Shown: piece by piece, positions 16,083-30,580 of the stretch
Layout: every line of letters starts with the position of its first letter
How positions within the stretch are numbered: the stretch's first letter is position 1
Translations under genes and position numbers: made by a program
Source: the human T2T-CHM13v2.0 reference genome, Homo sapiens
DNA: 64,000 bases
Strand: one strand, 5' to 3'
NCBI RefSeq assembly: GCF_009914755.1
Contig: NC_060928.1
Notes under the pieces: model-generated
What the model was told of the DNA's origin: nothing
Databases searched by the model: none
Seen by the model: only the letters and a program-made list of their open reading frames with translations

Positions 16083-16780
16083 TGAAGGTTGGATTCTCCC
16101 AGTAACAGCAGACTCTGAGATGGGGTGTGGTATGCAAAATGTTGATTAGAGAATTCCCTTGGGATCAGAACCTCAGTAAAGAAGCAAAAGGGTGCAGAAT
16201 TGAACAGGGAGAGAAGCTAGGCCAAAGCACTGGTCCAAGGAAAATTGGCCAACACCTTAAGGAGCTCTGGAGCTAAAATACAGAATCCCAAAGTTGTCTC
16301 AGGTTAGCTAAAATGATGGGACCTTCATACCTCCCCTGCCATTCGTCACTGAATATGGGCCACCCTGGGAAAGTTATGACCTTGGACAAGGGGCCTCTTT
16401 ACAAAGCAGCTGAGACCGTACGTAGGTTTTATGTTGTTGTTGTTGTTTTGTTTTTTTTTGAAACAGGATCTCACTCTGTTGTCCAGGATGGAGTTCAGTG
16501 GCCTGATATGGCTCACTGTAGCCTTGTCCTCCCTAGGCTCAGGTGATCCTTTTACCTCAGCCTCTAGAGTAGCTGGGACCACAGGCATGCGCCATGATGC
16601 CCAGCAAATTTTTGTAGAGATGGGGTTTCACCATGTTGCCCAGGCTAGACTGGAACTCCTGGGTTCATGTGATCTGCCTTCCTCGGTCTCCCAAAGTGGT
16701 GACACTATAGATGTGAGCCACCATGCCTAGCTCAATTAGTAGTTCTTTGAAGGGGGATCTGGGGAGTGCATCACTATTTT
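16083..16780 (-). mobile_element. ERVL-type LTR (LTR33/LTR16-like) split by an Alu
   Basis: AGGTTGGATTCTCCCAGTAACAGCAGACTCTGAGATGG...CCCTTGGGATCA...GGAGCTCTGGAGCT resembles recalled consensus; subfamily uncertain. Confidence 0.6.
16427..16732 (-). mobile_element. Alu SINE (AluJ-like)
   Basis: Reverse Alu with (GTT)n/T tail; GGCTCACTGTAGCCTTGTCCTCCCTAGGCTCAGGTGATCC. Confidence 0.93.
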
Positions 16781-16987
16781 ATCACTCTTTTCTGCTCAAA
16801 TTGTTCCATCCTTCAAGATCCCCTCTAGTGTACTTCTATATCATACAATGCCTGAATACATTCATAATACTGTCACTTAATAAAATTTCACTTCCATTAT
16901 GTAACATTACTAAGAGGTTACTTTCACTAGAGTGTAAGATGCTAGAGGCTAAGGTCCATGAGTTCTACCCTCATAACTTCTTTAGAA

Positions 16988-17180
16988 CAAGGGTAAGCAA
17001 ACTTTTTTATATTAAGGACCAGACAGCAAATATTCTAGGCTTCGCATGTCACATACGGTCTCTGGTGCACATGCATTTTTTATTTACAATCCTTTAAAAA
17101 TGTAAAAGTCATTCTTAGCTTACTGGCCATATAAAAACAAGACAGATATGGCCAAAGGGACCATCATTTGCCAACTTTTG
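16988..17180 (+). mobile_element. MER58 (hAT-Charlie MITE, MER58C-like)
   Basis: TIR-like CAAGGGTAAGCAAACT...TTTGCCAACTTTTG; internal AAGGACCAGACAGCAAATATTCTAGGCTT. Confidence 0.8.
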
Positions 17181-17187
17181 CTTAAGA

Positions 17188-17790
<603 letters not shown>

Positions 17791-18042
17791 TAAAGAAAAT
17801 AGGGGAGCATGTTTTGATAAATGTGAATTTGTTCATTTAAACAGTACTCACTGAGTTCTAGCTGTTGAGAATACAGATTGATTTGTGCTAAATATGAGAA
17901 TACAGATTTAATAGGATTGAATTTTCACCCTCAAGTAGTCGAGGGTTCAGTGAGTGATACAGATAGATGATATAATAACAATGTGGTATATTAGTGGTGT
18001 AGAGAAAATGCTACAGTAAAATTTTAAAAATAGGTTAGGTCT

Positions 18043-18344
18043 GTTTTGTGTTTTTTGTGGCTTTTGTCTTAAGACAGGGTCTTGCTCTGATGTCCAGGCT
18101 GGATGGAGTACAGTGGTACAATCACAATTCACTGAAGCTTTGACTGGCCCAAACTCAAACAATTTTTCCACCTCAGCCTCCCGAGTAGATGGGATCACAC
18201 GCGTGAGCCACTATGCCCAACTGACTTTTTTATTTGTAGAGATGCGGTATTGCTATGTTGCCCAGGCTGGTCTTGAACTCCTGGGCTCAAGCAATCCTCC
18301 AGCCTTGGCCTCCCAAAGTCTGACGTGAGCCACCACGCCTGGCC
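18043..18344 (-). mobile_element. Alu SINE (AluJ-like)
   Basis: Reverse Alu; CTGGGCTCAAGCAATCCTCC. Confidence 0.93.
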
Positions 18345-19791
18345 AGGGATTAGGTTTTAACTGGTCACCAAACCTATAAGAACTTCTTCAATGCACTGTT
18401 GATTCTTTAAAATCAAAATTTTTTAAGTTAAAATGTTTGGACTTTTAAAGATGTATTTCTTTTTACAAATACCCTCTGAATGAAGGAAATAAATTTGGGA
18501 TGCAACAGGAATAACACTACAACTGGATAAGAAGTGCACAATCTTTCATGATGAATGGATGATCTATTTTATAGAAAGCACAAAATGGAGGGTGTATTTT
18601 CTCAAAGTATATTTTGAATTTCTGCCATGGTTGCAGCTTTCTATTTCTTATGACCTTTTTTTTTTTTTTTTTTTAAGAACCAGGTACTTCATGTGGCAAA
18701 ATGATGGCTTCTTAAATCTCAAATACCTGAAAACCTTTTTGCTTGTTTTTGTACAATCACATTTTGTGATTCATCAGAAAACATAATTGATATAAAGTAG
18801 CCTTAGAAGCACAGTATTATTCTTAAAAAGAATCACAGGGCCTTCTTTCCCATAGTGTTTATCTGGAAGTCAGAGGAATACCAAGTGAAATTTAAGTATT
18901 TTCTATAAATATATAAGATTATCATTTCTATCAGTTCCCCTCTCAATAATCTAACAAGCTTCTCAGATTTTATGTCCTTAACAATTCTAGAATGAAAATA
19001 AGATAATCTGCAATTTTTTTTCCTTGTGCCTACTGAAATGTCATTATTATAAGCTATTTGATTGTACTGGGATATTCTGGCATATTTTACTAAAAAAATT
19101 GACTTTATTGTTTTATATAAGAACAAGAGAAAATTAATTTTCCTCACTAGCAATTTAAGTTTTATTATCCCAAATTCATTTTATTTAAAGCAAGTCCATA
19201 ATCACATTTTATTCTTACTAGAAACACGTATATTGTAATGTATACCAACAGAGAATAAATGCACATTTAAATCCCATTAGTACTGTGGAACATCATCCTA
19301 ATTTACTTGACATTTTCTGAGGAGAAAGGTTACTATTTGAGAAGGAAGTGAGAAGGGAGAGAGTGATTGCATTCACTCTTGAAAACAGTCATAGAACCTA
19401 CAGATCCTCAGGAAAATTCAAATTCTCATACACACTATAAAGCCCACCGTGAATCCACAAAAGTTTATTTACTCTAGGTTAAGAACCTTTTCACTAAAAA
19501 CTAGATCAAATTTATCAGTGAAAAATAAAGCACTGAAATTAAATGACCAAGAAGGTATTATTAACGAGGCTTTTACAGTTCTGGAAGTTATACTACACAA
19601 GAACAAGCTGCCTGAATAAAGTAAGAATTGTCAAAAGTTAGAACCAGGGTTAAACAAACTATGGCAGGTTAAAAAAAAAAAATGAAGAGCAGATTTCTTT
19701 GGCGCTCAGTTGCTGTTACCAAGTTATATTTAATCAGATATCAGGGTGGTTTCCAGAAATACCTCTTCCTCCTTAAAAAGTGGTAGATTCC

Positions 19792-20080
19792 GGCCAGGCA
19801 CGGTGGCTCACGCCTGTAATCCCAGCACTTTGGGAGGCCAGGATCGAGACCATCCTGGCTAACATGGTGAAACCCTATCTCTACTACAAATACAAAAAAA
19901 AAAAAAAAATTAGCCGGGCGTGGAGGCAGGCGCCTGTAGTCCTAGCTACTCTGGAGGCTGAGGCAGGAGAATGTAGTGAACCCAGGAGGCGGAGCTTGCG
20001 GTGAGCTGAGATCACCCCACTGCACTTCAGCCTGGGGGACAAAGTGAGACTCCATCTCAAAAAAAAAAAAAAAAAGAAAA
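19792..20080 (+). mobile_element. AluY with about 24-nt deletion in the left monomer
   Basis: Y-diagnostic ACCATCCTGGCTAAC and GGAGCTTGC; GGGAGGCC joined via AG to GATCGAGACC. Confidence 0.93.
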
Positions 20081-21964
20081 GTGGTAAATGGAGCCTAGCA
20101 CTCCCTACTTCAAAAGCTTGTTTAGATGCCTCAGGTTCTCTGATTTCTGCATTCAGCAGCTATATACTCCACACTACAACTACCTACACACAAGGAACCA
20201 CCCAAAGGCCTTTGCATTTGCTTTTAAAAGGTAGCCAGTATCTGGCCTTCAAGAAGGAGACAATGTAAGCTAGCTGGTCTTGAAAAGTTTTTAGTTCTGA
20301 ACTAAGCGCTAGGTATATGAGAACATTCTGTACTATCTTTTCAGCTTTCTCATAAATGTACAATTGTTACAAAATAAAAAGTTTTAACAAATGTGCTCTT
20401 CTAAGAGACTATTCAAAGGTAGCTTTTGCTTTCTCCATAGATCTCCTTAGACTGGAGACTGTATTTTCTTAAAAATTGATAGTGAATGAAATTTAATGGG
20501 AAGAAATATATTTCTCTTGCTAATAAGCCTCCTCAACATTTTAAAAGGACGTAATGTATGCATCAAGAATGCAAAGAAGAAAACCATTCTATCAGTCTCA
20601 GTGAAGCCTTCTCAAAGCAAGGAACCCTGGCATAGTTGTGGGGAAGAGCTCCAAAAACCTGTAACACCATATAACTTTCTGCATGTGGTGGGGGCAGGAG
20701 ACAGAGACACGGGCGGTGTGTCTCATGTTAAGATCAAGGCTAAAGAGAGAAAATTGCTCCTCATGAGTAAAGGAGATGCTAATTGGCTGGTAAAGTAGTT
20801 AAGAAATTTTGAAGTGCTTTTCCAATAGCTGCACTGAGCCACAGATTCTTTTCTATACAAAATGGCTAATTGTAGGACTTATGGAGAAAAGCTAACATCT
20901 ATCAAGGACTGAACTAGTATTATTAAACCAGTGATGAACATCCTCTCAAGTACTGTACAGCACTTACTGAATGAACATGAACTTTTAATTAAACTAAAAA
21001 AGCATGTGTGAAAAACTCAAATTATAAATCTATAAATGTGTAACACTGTAAGAGACAAAATGAAAATGGTAGGTGCACTAACAGAAACTATTCTGTTGAA
21101 GTCATGTGAAAATAGGACATTCCCTAAATAAAAATGATAATTTGACCCCTTGTCTATAACTAAAAAGTTAAATTACTGACATAACGTGGAGTAACAAAAT
21201 GAGAAAAGTTAAAACTGAAAGGGGTACTATGCTAGTAACTCCTAAGAAACAATGAGATTTTATAAACTATATAGGCTCTGAAGTGAAAAGGAAATGTGGC
21301 TCACTATTTTAACAAAATATGTACATTTTAGAGTGAGTTTTAAAGGATGGTATGGCTACAACTTTGCCTACTATTTAGTGCTATTTAACATTTCCTTAGT
21401 AAAATAAGTAATGTAATAAATGGCAAGCTTATTAAATTCCCATCAGCAAATAAAATAGATACAAAGAAATAACTTTGGTGGATTAGAAGTGCTTTTAAAA
21501 TGGGGTTAGTATATTAGAAAACTCTACGTAATTAATGAAATGATTCAGACAGTTGCATTATCAACCATTCAGGCATAAGTTATTTCCCAGTGTAAAGAAA
21601 GAAAGCATTTTTAACAACACAATCACTTTGAATACATTAAAATCTTTTAAAAAGTTTTTTTTTTCACATCAAAATATCCTTCATACTTATGCAAGTCTTT
21701 CCTGTCATTTTGCAAAATAATATGTTCTGGAATATAAGACACAGCATACAAGGTAAAGGCTGGCCACGTGCGAGAATTGAAATGTAGCAGAAAAAACACA
21801 CCTTGTACCATAGCAGACCTACAAGTGAAATATGATAGCGAGCCACCATTCTCGTTGTGTTTTAAGCAAGCACATTACTGGGGTTCATAAATAGAAAATT
21901 AGTTTAGAAACTCTGAGGTAAGTTTCTTATTTTACTCATCACTGCTTGACTCATGCTGGCTATC

Positions 21965-22370
21965 CATGCCCAGTTATGATCTCCACATCTGAAAGGGAAT
22001 GCAGAGAAATAAAAAGGAAGGAAGCCCACACAGATGATGAAAGGGTTGGAAAAAGAAGAAAGATCAAAAGGATACAAGGAGTCAGGCTGTGAAGAAAAAC
22101 CTGAGGGAATGCTTTATAATGTTCTAGAAATATATGGGTTATTATATTGGGAATGGTAACCAGCTGTTCTCCATCTCTATTTAGGACAAACCAGAAGAAA
22201 ATGGCTTAAATCAAGGCAATGACATATTTGGGTTACTAAGGAAAATTGTGGAATCTTTTCTAGAATTATTTAAACTAGACAGATATTTAATGTACCTAGG
22301 CTGGCTCAAGTACAGGAGTGAGAACTATAATCTGATTTACAAGATCCTTTTTAACTCCAATTTCTGCATA
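21965..22370 (+). mobile_element. L3/CR1 LINE 3' fragment
   Basis: ACCAGCTGTTCTCCATCTCTATTTAGGACAAACCAGAAGAAAATGGCTTAAA and terminal CAAGATCCTTTTTAACTCCAATTTCTG resemble CR1/L3. Confidence 0.7.
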
Positions 22371-22489
22371 TACTTTATCAAGACAAATATACTAAAATGC
22401 ATAAAGGAACTATTAAATATTATTGAACACAGTCAATTACTCCAAATGATAGGGGGCAATAGAACGAAAATTGCTGTAAATCAAACCAT

Positions 22490-22630
22490 AATGTGAGGCA
22501 ATAGGTAAGATTTTTAACCTCAGAATGCTTCAGCTCTCTAGTGGCATTGTCTGTAGAAGGAGACTGTAACAGTATCTACCTGTCTAAGTGCTGTGATAAT
22601 AAAAATGAGATAATCTGCATAAAGCATCTG
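22490..22630 (+). mobile_element. MIR fragment
   Basis: TGTGAGGCAATAGGTAAGATTTTTAACCTC...AAATGAGATAATCTGCATAAAGCA. Confidence 0.65.
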
Positions 22631-23444
22631 ATACCAATTCTCTGGAATATTAGAGGCTCAGTTGTTAGTTCCCTTCCATTCTCTGGTGAATACAATACAT
22701 AAGATTTTGAATTTTCCAAAAGGAATGAAGATACAACACCATGAAACTTCCCTGAATTTTTGCTCATATTATTCACACAACTGAAAAGTGGGAAAGTATA
22801 AGTATACCAACCATAAAAAAAAAGTCCCTTCTCCAGTCTGTAATTTCCTATCCCATTCTCTCCCCCTTCCCTGGTGTTCACAGGTCTGAGCTTTTTTTTG
22901 AATAGCACCATATTTCTATATTATAGGCAAATTGTGGTCATCCAAAAGGGTCCCACATTTGTGTTACTAGTCATCATGGCTCACTTTTTAAGTGGTTCAT
23001 GACAAAGTCAATGCCAGTATAATCAGAAGGCTTCTAAGGTGTTTAGTATTCATCAAACAAAATGTGGTTACAAATTCCTTCAGAAGCAAACAATTCTATA
23101 AACAATTCTCAAGAACTGGGCTGCATGGCTGGAGAGTCTCCAACTGACAATAAAATGAACGAGGAACTGGTGATGTTTGCCAGAGTTCATGTCCTTTAGC
23201 CACCTGTTGCCTGGTAACTAACTGGGCTCACCTCTTCATTCAGACCACTTCTCAGATGCTACAGTAAAATTATTCTCACATGCAAATCACCTAGTAATTT
23301 TCACATCAAGAGTGGGAGAAAGTTTTTTTTTCCTCAGCTGTAGGAATAATCTTTTTTAAAAAGCTAAATATTCCTGACAGTCTACACTCTACTCATAAAT
23401 GTGCTATCAAACTGAACACGTTTTCTTCCCTTCAAAATAAAAGG

Positions 23445-23808
<364 letters not shown>

Positions 23809-24476
23809 TAAGGACAGAAAAATATTGATACAGTAAGCTGATTTGGCTATAAAGACAGAAAATCCTTTTTCCATTTAGTTTTTAAGAATAAATCACTCCA
23901 TCATCTGTGAAATAAATTACATTCTCTCAAAATCATCTCTTGAGTATCCACATTATAATCTAGCTTTTCCTGCAGAGAAATTTTACTTGTAATCCAAAAT
24001 AAATGTTTTTCTCAATTCCAGATAAATTAAGATTATCATTTTTTATGACTTAAGAATATTATCTGTTTTAACTTAAATATATTAATATTCACTGAATTAT
24101 ATCAGGACCAGAAATGAAAAAAAAAGTGTTTAAAATACTTGTCCCACATCTTGCAATTCAATTACAACACAAGACAAACAGAAAAAATTAGTAGAAAAGG
24201 GAAGATTGTTTTTAACATATGGGTATACGTACTTAGAAGGTGAAAGGTACAGGGTGGAATGATTTAAATATTTTGGGGGCTGATTGGCTGAATGTAAGCA
24301 GGCTGTACTAGAGAATCACTATCTTACAATCTTCCAAATTCCTATGTCCCTGGTTCCAAAGAGTCAGAAATGCCAAATGCCATAAGGTAACTATATGAAT
24401 AAACAATATTCCAATCTGCTCTGCTTTCAAGGAGGCTTTCATATGTGGAGTAGAGTGAAAAGCTAAAAGCCGTGAA

Positions 24477-24478
<2 letters not shown>

Positions 24479-24512
<34 letters not shown>
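24479..24512. repeat. (AT)17 microsatellite
   Basis: Read directly. Confidence 0.97.
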
Positions 24513-24518
<6 letters not shown>

Positions 24519-27369
24519 CTTCACACTGAATATTAATGCCCCAGAAAATAAACAGGAGTTAACTAGGTAGAACTCCCTTTTATGAGCAAAAGCAGCTCCA
24601 GGTTTTAGAATGGCATTTATTTTTAATTTAATGCCAGGCACGGGGGTGGTGGGACTGGCAAACCTGCACTTTTATCTTTAACTTCATTTATTTCCATGGT
24701 TTGATTCTGTTATGAGAAACAAAACAGAGAAAGAAATTAGGATATTTGGAAGAAAACTATTTAAGGCTCCAATCGCTCTGGGTTCACCAGAATCTCAGAA
24801 CTACAGATTTTCCGAGATTCTTACATTTCAGGATATTTAAAAACTAGGGTATTTTGACAAGACTTACATATTTGTGAATAAATTCCTGTCAAAAGCTCTC
24901 AATGACATATATGTAGATGATAGCAGGTTAAGTTATATTTATTTCCTAGAGTATAGGACCTGAGCTGGAAACTCATCACTAACCAGCCCAGTGAAAAAGG
25001 ACAATTGTGTAATTTAGAGGATATTCATATCAGGTTTCTGGAGCAAATTTAAGATATGCAAACTGTTTATTATGACTGGAAGAACAAAAGCCAAGGAACT
25101 AAAATTATTAATACAGAGACCTTCTGAGCTCCTAGGACTATCTGAGACCATGTATTTCTAACCTCTGACAAAGACAATAAACTACCTTGCTCTTTGGCAC
25201 ACACCTGGAACTACTGTTCACAACACACAACAATCACAGCTATCAATCGATTATTCCTTTCCTTTTATTCAAGAAACATTGAAAATAAAGGGATGATAAT
25301 TAAGGGATAATTATTTAGATTGATATAGCAAAGCAATGTCTGTATTAAATTTTAGACAAGTCTTAGATCTTGTGTGTGGCTGCAGTTCCATCCTACAGAC
25401 TATTTCTATTGATATATTGCTGCTGTCTCAGCTGTTGCTGCCACTACAACTTCAGCAGCTAGGCAAGGCAATACCAGAATAGGAAGGTGAGTTTGTCCTA
25501 TTTTCAGAGAAAATATAGAATCAAAGATTGCTGATTTAGGTATACCAGCTTCATACTGAAAAATGGGAAACTGCTTTAATAAGCTCTCAAGTATCTATCA
25601 AGTACACAACTTCAATAGTAAGAGATCGAATGTTTCTCTAATGCATGTCTTCTTTGGACTAATTCTGGAATGTGTTCTACATAATAAATACTTTCTAGCT
25701 CAAACTCTTTGAAATCTGAATCTCGTGGAATTGCTACAAAGTTGTGCTATCTTGTTTTAAATTCTAATACCTGACATACGTTAAAGAGCCTTTAGGTTGA
25801 ATAAAATTCACTGAATTTTAGATTTCAATGAATTTACAAAAAATATAAATTTATTATATTTTATTAAATATAAAAATATAATTATATATTAGTAAATCTA
25901 TAAATATACTATATACATCATCTATTATGTTTCATTATATTATCTATCTTATCATACATACTTAAAGTTGAAAATATATTAGCCTATATGTATGCACAGT
26001 TTAGAAGTTCCCAACTTATCCTTCACAATTCATTCTTAAAATACTAACATGCACATAGATAATGCCACTAAATCTCCCTTTACCCCAACTGTCTCAATGG
26101 AAACTGTAATAAGCTTAAAAAAGAAAATAATACTGAGAAATAAATTCAAAACCTAAACTAAAAGCTAAAATATCTATTTGTATAGATGTGAACATATTTT
26201 TACTAAGGAGATTGTGCCTATTTGAGCTAAAAGAGATATTTAAATGAGTTGATAAAGTTTGGCCTCAAAGCAACTGCAAAAGTAAATTGAAATGACACAA
26301 TAATATTGGTTTACAATGAAATGGTTATTCTGCAAAGAGTAATATCAACATGGAACTAGCCTTTATGTTGACCTATGAAAATAAATGATCTAGGAATTTA
26401 CTTATAACGGCTATCACAGTGAAATGGACCCTACATTTAACTTATTGAAAACCTATCACAGGGCCTTCACTAACTCTCCACGGTGACATCTCAGCTTAGA
26501 CTTCATTCTATGCTTAGAAAGAACATCTGAATACAAAATATTTTTCAGAGTGATGAGGTTGTGTGATTTCTAATTGGTCTCTAATTTATAATTTTTTAAA
26601 ATAACGTTACCATTTTCATTAAATATACTTGTTCTCTCACTTTATTTTCCTAGGTAAAAAGAACAAACACTGATCTCTTAAGTAGAGCAGCCACTCACTA
26701 GGGGATGGAACTGGGAGGTCTGGTGAAGGCCCTTGTCTAAACACCTACCCCCACCCACCACTCCAATGAACAAGCCTTAAACTTCCACTTTTAGAAATTC
26801 ATTCTTTTAGTGTAAGTCATTGAACTTTCTTAAAATCTAAGTATCATTTAGAGATAAAACTCATTATGCATCCTGAGTCACTTATACTTTCAAGTATGTG
26901 AATGTATCACCTATTGATGCAGCCATCAATCTCTAAGAGATAGAAGCAAACTTGAGAAAAGCCCAGAATAGCCAAGAATTAACTTTGACCTACTCAAAAA
27001 TGTGTCCAAGAATGACCCAGGAAGACTATGGTTGTTTACTGTTATTTTAAATCTCTCACTATCTTTAGAATAAGGTTCAAATTCATATATTATTTATAGA
27101 CTTATGCTTTAAAGCTGATGGGAAATAGTGTTTCCCAAGCTGGATGCTAAGCTGGATATTGTACAAATATACTTCTATTTAAAGACTTGAACTGTTCCTG
27201 GCCCAATTAAATATTAACAAATCAGCAAAAGCTATATACCATTACTTCATTCACCTCAAATTACATAATTTGAAAGTTTCAAGGCACATTCATCTTCAAG
27301 GCACTAGCTACAGTGATCAACTGAAAACGGCTCCTCTTCCTATGCCTATTTCTGAAATTGTAAAAATGG

Positions 27370-30230
27370 AAATCTGTGAATACTTTGAATTTTTTTTAAT
27401 TTAAATTCTAGTGAAAGTTTTATCACGTAAAAAATATATAACAAAAACATTTATCCACCGCCATGTTTAAACCAATATTAAGATTTCCCTATTTTTGTTT
27501 CCAAAAAGAAAAAAAAGGGAAAAAAAGTCATATATATACATAAACCCTCAAGCCTCCATCTTTTTCCTTCCTTTCTACCTAGGGATAAAATATTTTTTTA
27601 ATGCATAGGTATAAGTCCCATGCATGTTTTTAGTCTTTCACTATACATGTATATCCACAAATATGCAATACTGTTTTCTGCATTTAAAATTTCATAGAAA
27701 TGGTATTATACTGTAAGTGTGCCTCTGAAACTTTAATTACTCACTCTAATTTCCAGATTAACCATGTTGATATAAATAAATAAATTTCCTCATTTTAACC
27801 ATTGAATAATGTTTTACTAAATAACTGTATATCACAGTTTATTTTAGGCATTACCCTACTGAGGAGATGGTTAAATTGTGTTCACTTTTTCCCTCATTTA
27901 CAAACAGTCCTGAATGACCAACTCTGTACAGGCCTACTTATACACAATTGTGAGAGTTTCCTTACATTGTAAACTAGTAGGAAAATCCTTGAGTATATGA
28001 ATGAAAATTGTCAATTTTTCTAGGTATTATCAAATGGTTTTCAAAGTGACTTTGCAAATCTATACTCCTGCAGAAATGGGTACAAGTTTGTTTCTCCATG
28101 CTTTCCCCAACAATAAGTGTTACATGACATTAATATTAATATTATTATATTATATATAATTAAATGTAAACTTGTGATAGTTTGCATTATTATATGTAAT
28201 ATAACAACATTATTATATATAATATGATAACAATATTATATATAGTATAACAATATTATATATAGTATTATTAATATGACTCTTTAATAATAATATTGGC
28301 AGCCAGTAGCTGCCAATCTAATGGATGTGACCTGGACTCTCTTTTTGTCAACCTGCATTTTTTAACATTACTCATATCATTGAACATCTTTTCATATAAT
28401 TACTGACAACTTCAATCAATTCTTATGTGATAGTTCTTATCCTTTCCTCATTTTTTCTATAAGGACTTCTGTCTTTTTCTTATCAATATGCAGAATTTTT
28501 GTTTTTTAATAGCCTGGGTACCTATCCTTCACATGTGATATTTTTTTTCTCTCAGGCTGTGGCTTACATATTTACATGTAGCATATTCTTTCTTCATGGT
28601 AATACAAACTTTTTTTTTGGGGGGGTGCATTTATTTGGTTTTTTTTGTATCTTAATGTGGTAAGTTCTATTAATTTTTTACTGATGGCATCTGTTTTTTG
28701 TGAGTTTTTAAAACAAATATATCCTTCATTACCACTATATCATACAGATACTCTTCTATAACTTGTTGTAACTTGTTTCTAAAAGCTTTACCATTTTACT
28801 TTTCATATTTAGTCTTTTGGGGTAAAGTTTCAAATAGTGTCTGTTTTATCTTTTTCCCTGTGGATAAACTAATTTATCATGTATTCAGTGGTCCCTATTT
28901 CTATTAGTTTATGATACCACCTTTAAGAAACATCAAGTTCCCACATATGTGGATCCATTTTCAGTGCTCTCTTCTATTCTGCCATATCAGTATGTTTCCT
29001 TTTCCCTGTACCAATACCACATTCTTTTATTTACCACAAGTAAGTTTGGGTATCTGGTATAACAATTACACTCCAATTCCGCTGCTTCTCACTCCATTCT
29101 TCTTCTTTTTAAAAATTATCTTTGCTATTTTTGGCCCTTATTATTCCACATAAATCAACTTATCTACTGAACAAGTTCAGGATGCCATCCCAAAATACAC
29201 CATTTGACATGTTGATCATTTTGAGCTAAAGGCACCTGAAAAACAGCAGGTGCAAGAGATGCACTCTGATTTTCCCTTTTCTTCATAAAGCAGGAGTTGA
29301 AACTCCCATACCTTCCCTATACCAGGAGAAGAGAAATAGTCTCATCACAAGAGGAGGGGAGTTAAGGCTGAAAGAAATCTGTACAAACAGACCTTCTTAA
29401 ACTAACCCCTCTCTTCCTAGTCACTTTTCTACAATTGCCACTCTTTGTTCCACATAGTATGTAAGCATTTAGAGCTAGTCATTTCTTTGGGTCTCCATTT
29501 TTCTTGTGAGAGCATTTTGTTTACAGGCACATGTAAATAAAATGTGTATGTTTTTCTCCTGTTGATCTGTCTTATATCAGTACCAGCTGGAGACCACAGG
29601 GGGTTAGAGAAAAATTTTACCTTCCCTACATTATCAAGTTATATGAAAACCCTTATGGTATTTTGCAACTAAAATTTTATTGAATTTATAGATTAATTTG
29701 GGGAGACTTGTCATTTTAAACATACTGACTCTTACCCATCCATACAGATATAGCTTTCAATGATACTTTAAAATTTTCTTCATAAAAGATCTTCTACAAC
29801 CTTTATTAGATTTCTTCTCAATTACTTTACATTCTTTTATGTAATTTCTACATGGTCTCTTTTTAAAATTACCCTTCGTAACTGTATGGTTAGGTGTATA
29901 GGAACACTTAATTTTTTATATTGATCTTGATCTAGCAACTTTTGTTGATATTGAAGATTGCTCTGTACATTCTCCTGGACCTCTGCAAATATTGAGAATT
30001 TGTTTCTTCTTTTCCAGTATGAAACCTTTTAACAGTGAGCATTCTTCTCTTCTTCCTTAATTTAAAGGAAATGTTTCTAGGTTTCATTTTTAAATATTAT
30101 TTTTTAGAGTTTTTGGTAGTTACTATTAAGTGGTGTTCCTTTTATTCTCATATGCTATGAGTTTATATCATAAAAGACCATTCAATTTTATCAAGTTATT
30201 TCTACCAACATTTTTTAAACTTTGAATATA
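27370..30230 (-). mobile_element. Old L1 (L1ME-like) 3' region, interrupted by an AT-rich tract and an LTR
   Basis: T-rich block with reverse L1 motifs, e.g. TTGAATTTATAGATTAATTTGGGGAGA and TTTAAAGGAAATGTTTCTAG. Confidence 0.75.
29168..29630 (+). mobile_element. ERV1 solo LTR (MER34 family)
   Basis: GTTCAGGATGCCATCCCAAAATA...TTTTGAGCTAAAGGCA start; AATAAA; ends TTCCCTACA. Confidence 0.8.
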
Positions 30231-30294
30231 AATTAGATTCAACAGTAACTAGAAAGTATACATTAATATATAGTTAGGTTTTTAGATAACATTC

Positions 30295-30580
30295 CTCAAT
30301 TAATTTCTATGGAGCATTCTCATCTTACTAGATGTTATAGGTGGTTTCCAGGATCAAGTCGGTTTGGGAAATGCTGTGAACTGTATACCTCCTTCTTAGC
30401 AATTCACAATATATGTCATTAGTTTTGACTCTGAGATATCCTACAGTGAAACAGTATACAGCTGATTGTGTAACAAAAAGTTTCTCAAATTCGCTTGATC
30501 AAGTAATTTCTCTTTTCTCAGAACAACTTACTGGCATTTCCAGGGCACTACTATTCCACAAATCACTGATAGGGAGACCT
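30295..30580. mobile_element. MER103-like hAT-Charlie MITE
   Basis: GTTTGGGAAATGCTG...ATTCACAAT...CTCTGAGATATCCTACAGTGAA resembles MER103C. Confidence 0.6.

Noticed and set aside
18833-19153. 106-aa ORF with an internal acceptor
   Set aside because: AT-rich composition, no homologue recognised, no donor; expected by chance
22576-22911. 111-aa ORF with a good acceptor near 22780
   Set aside because: Weak donor, 3' end runs into a MIR, no recognisable domain
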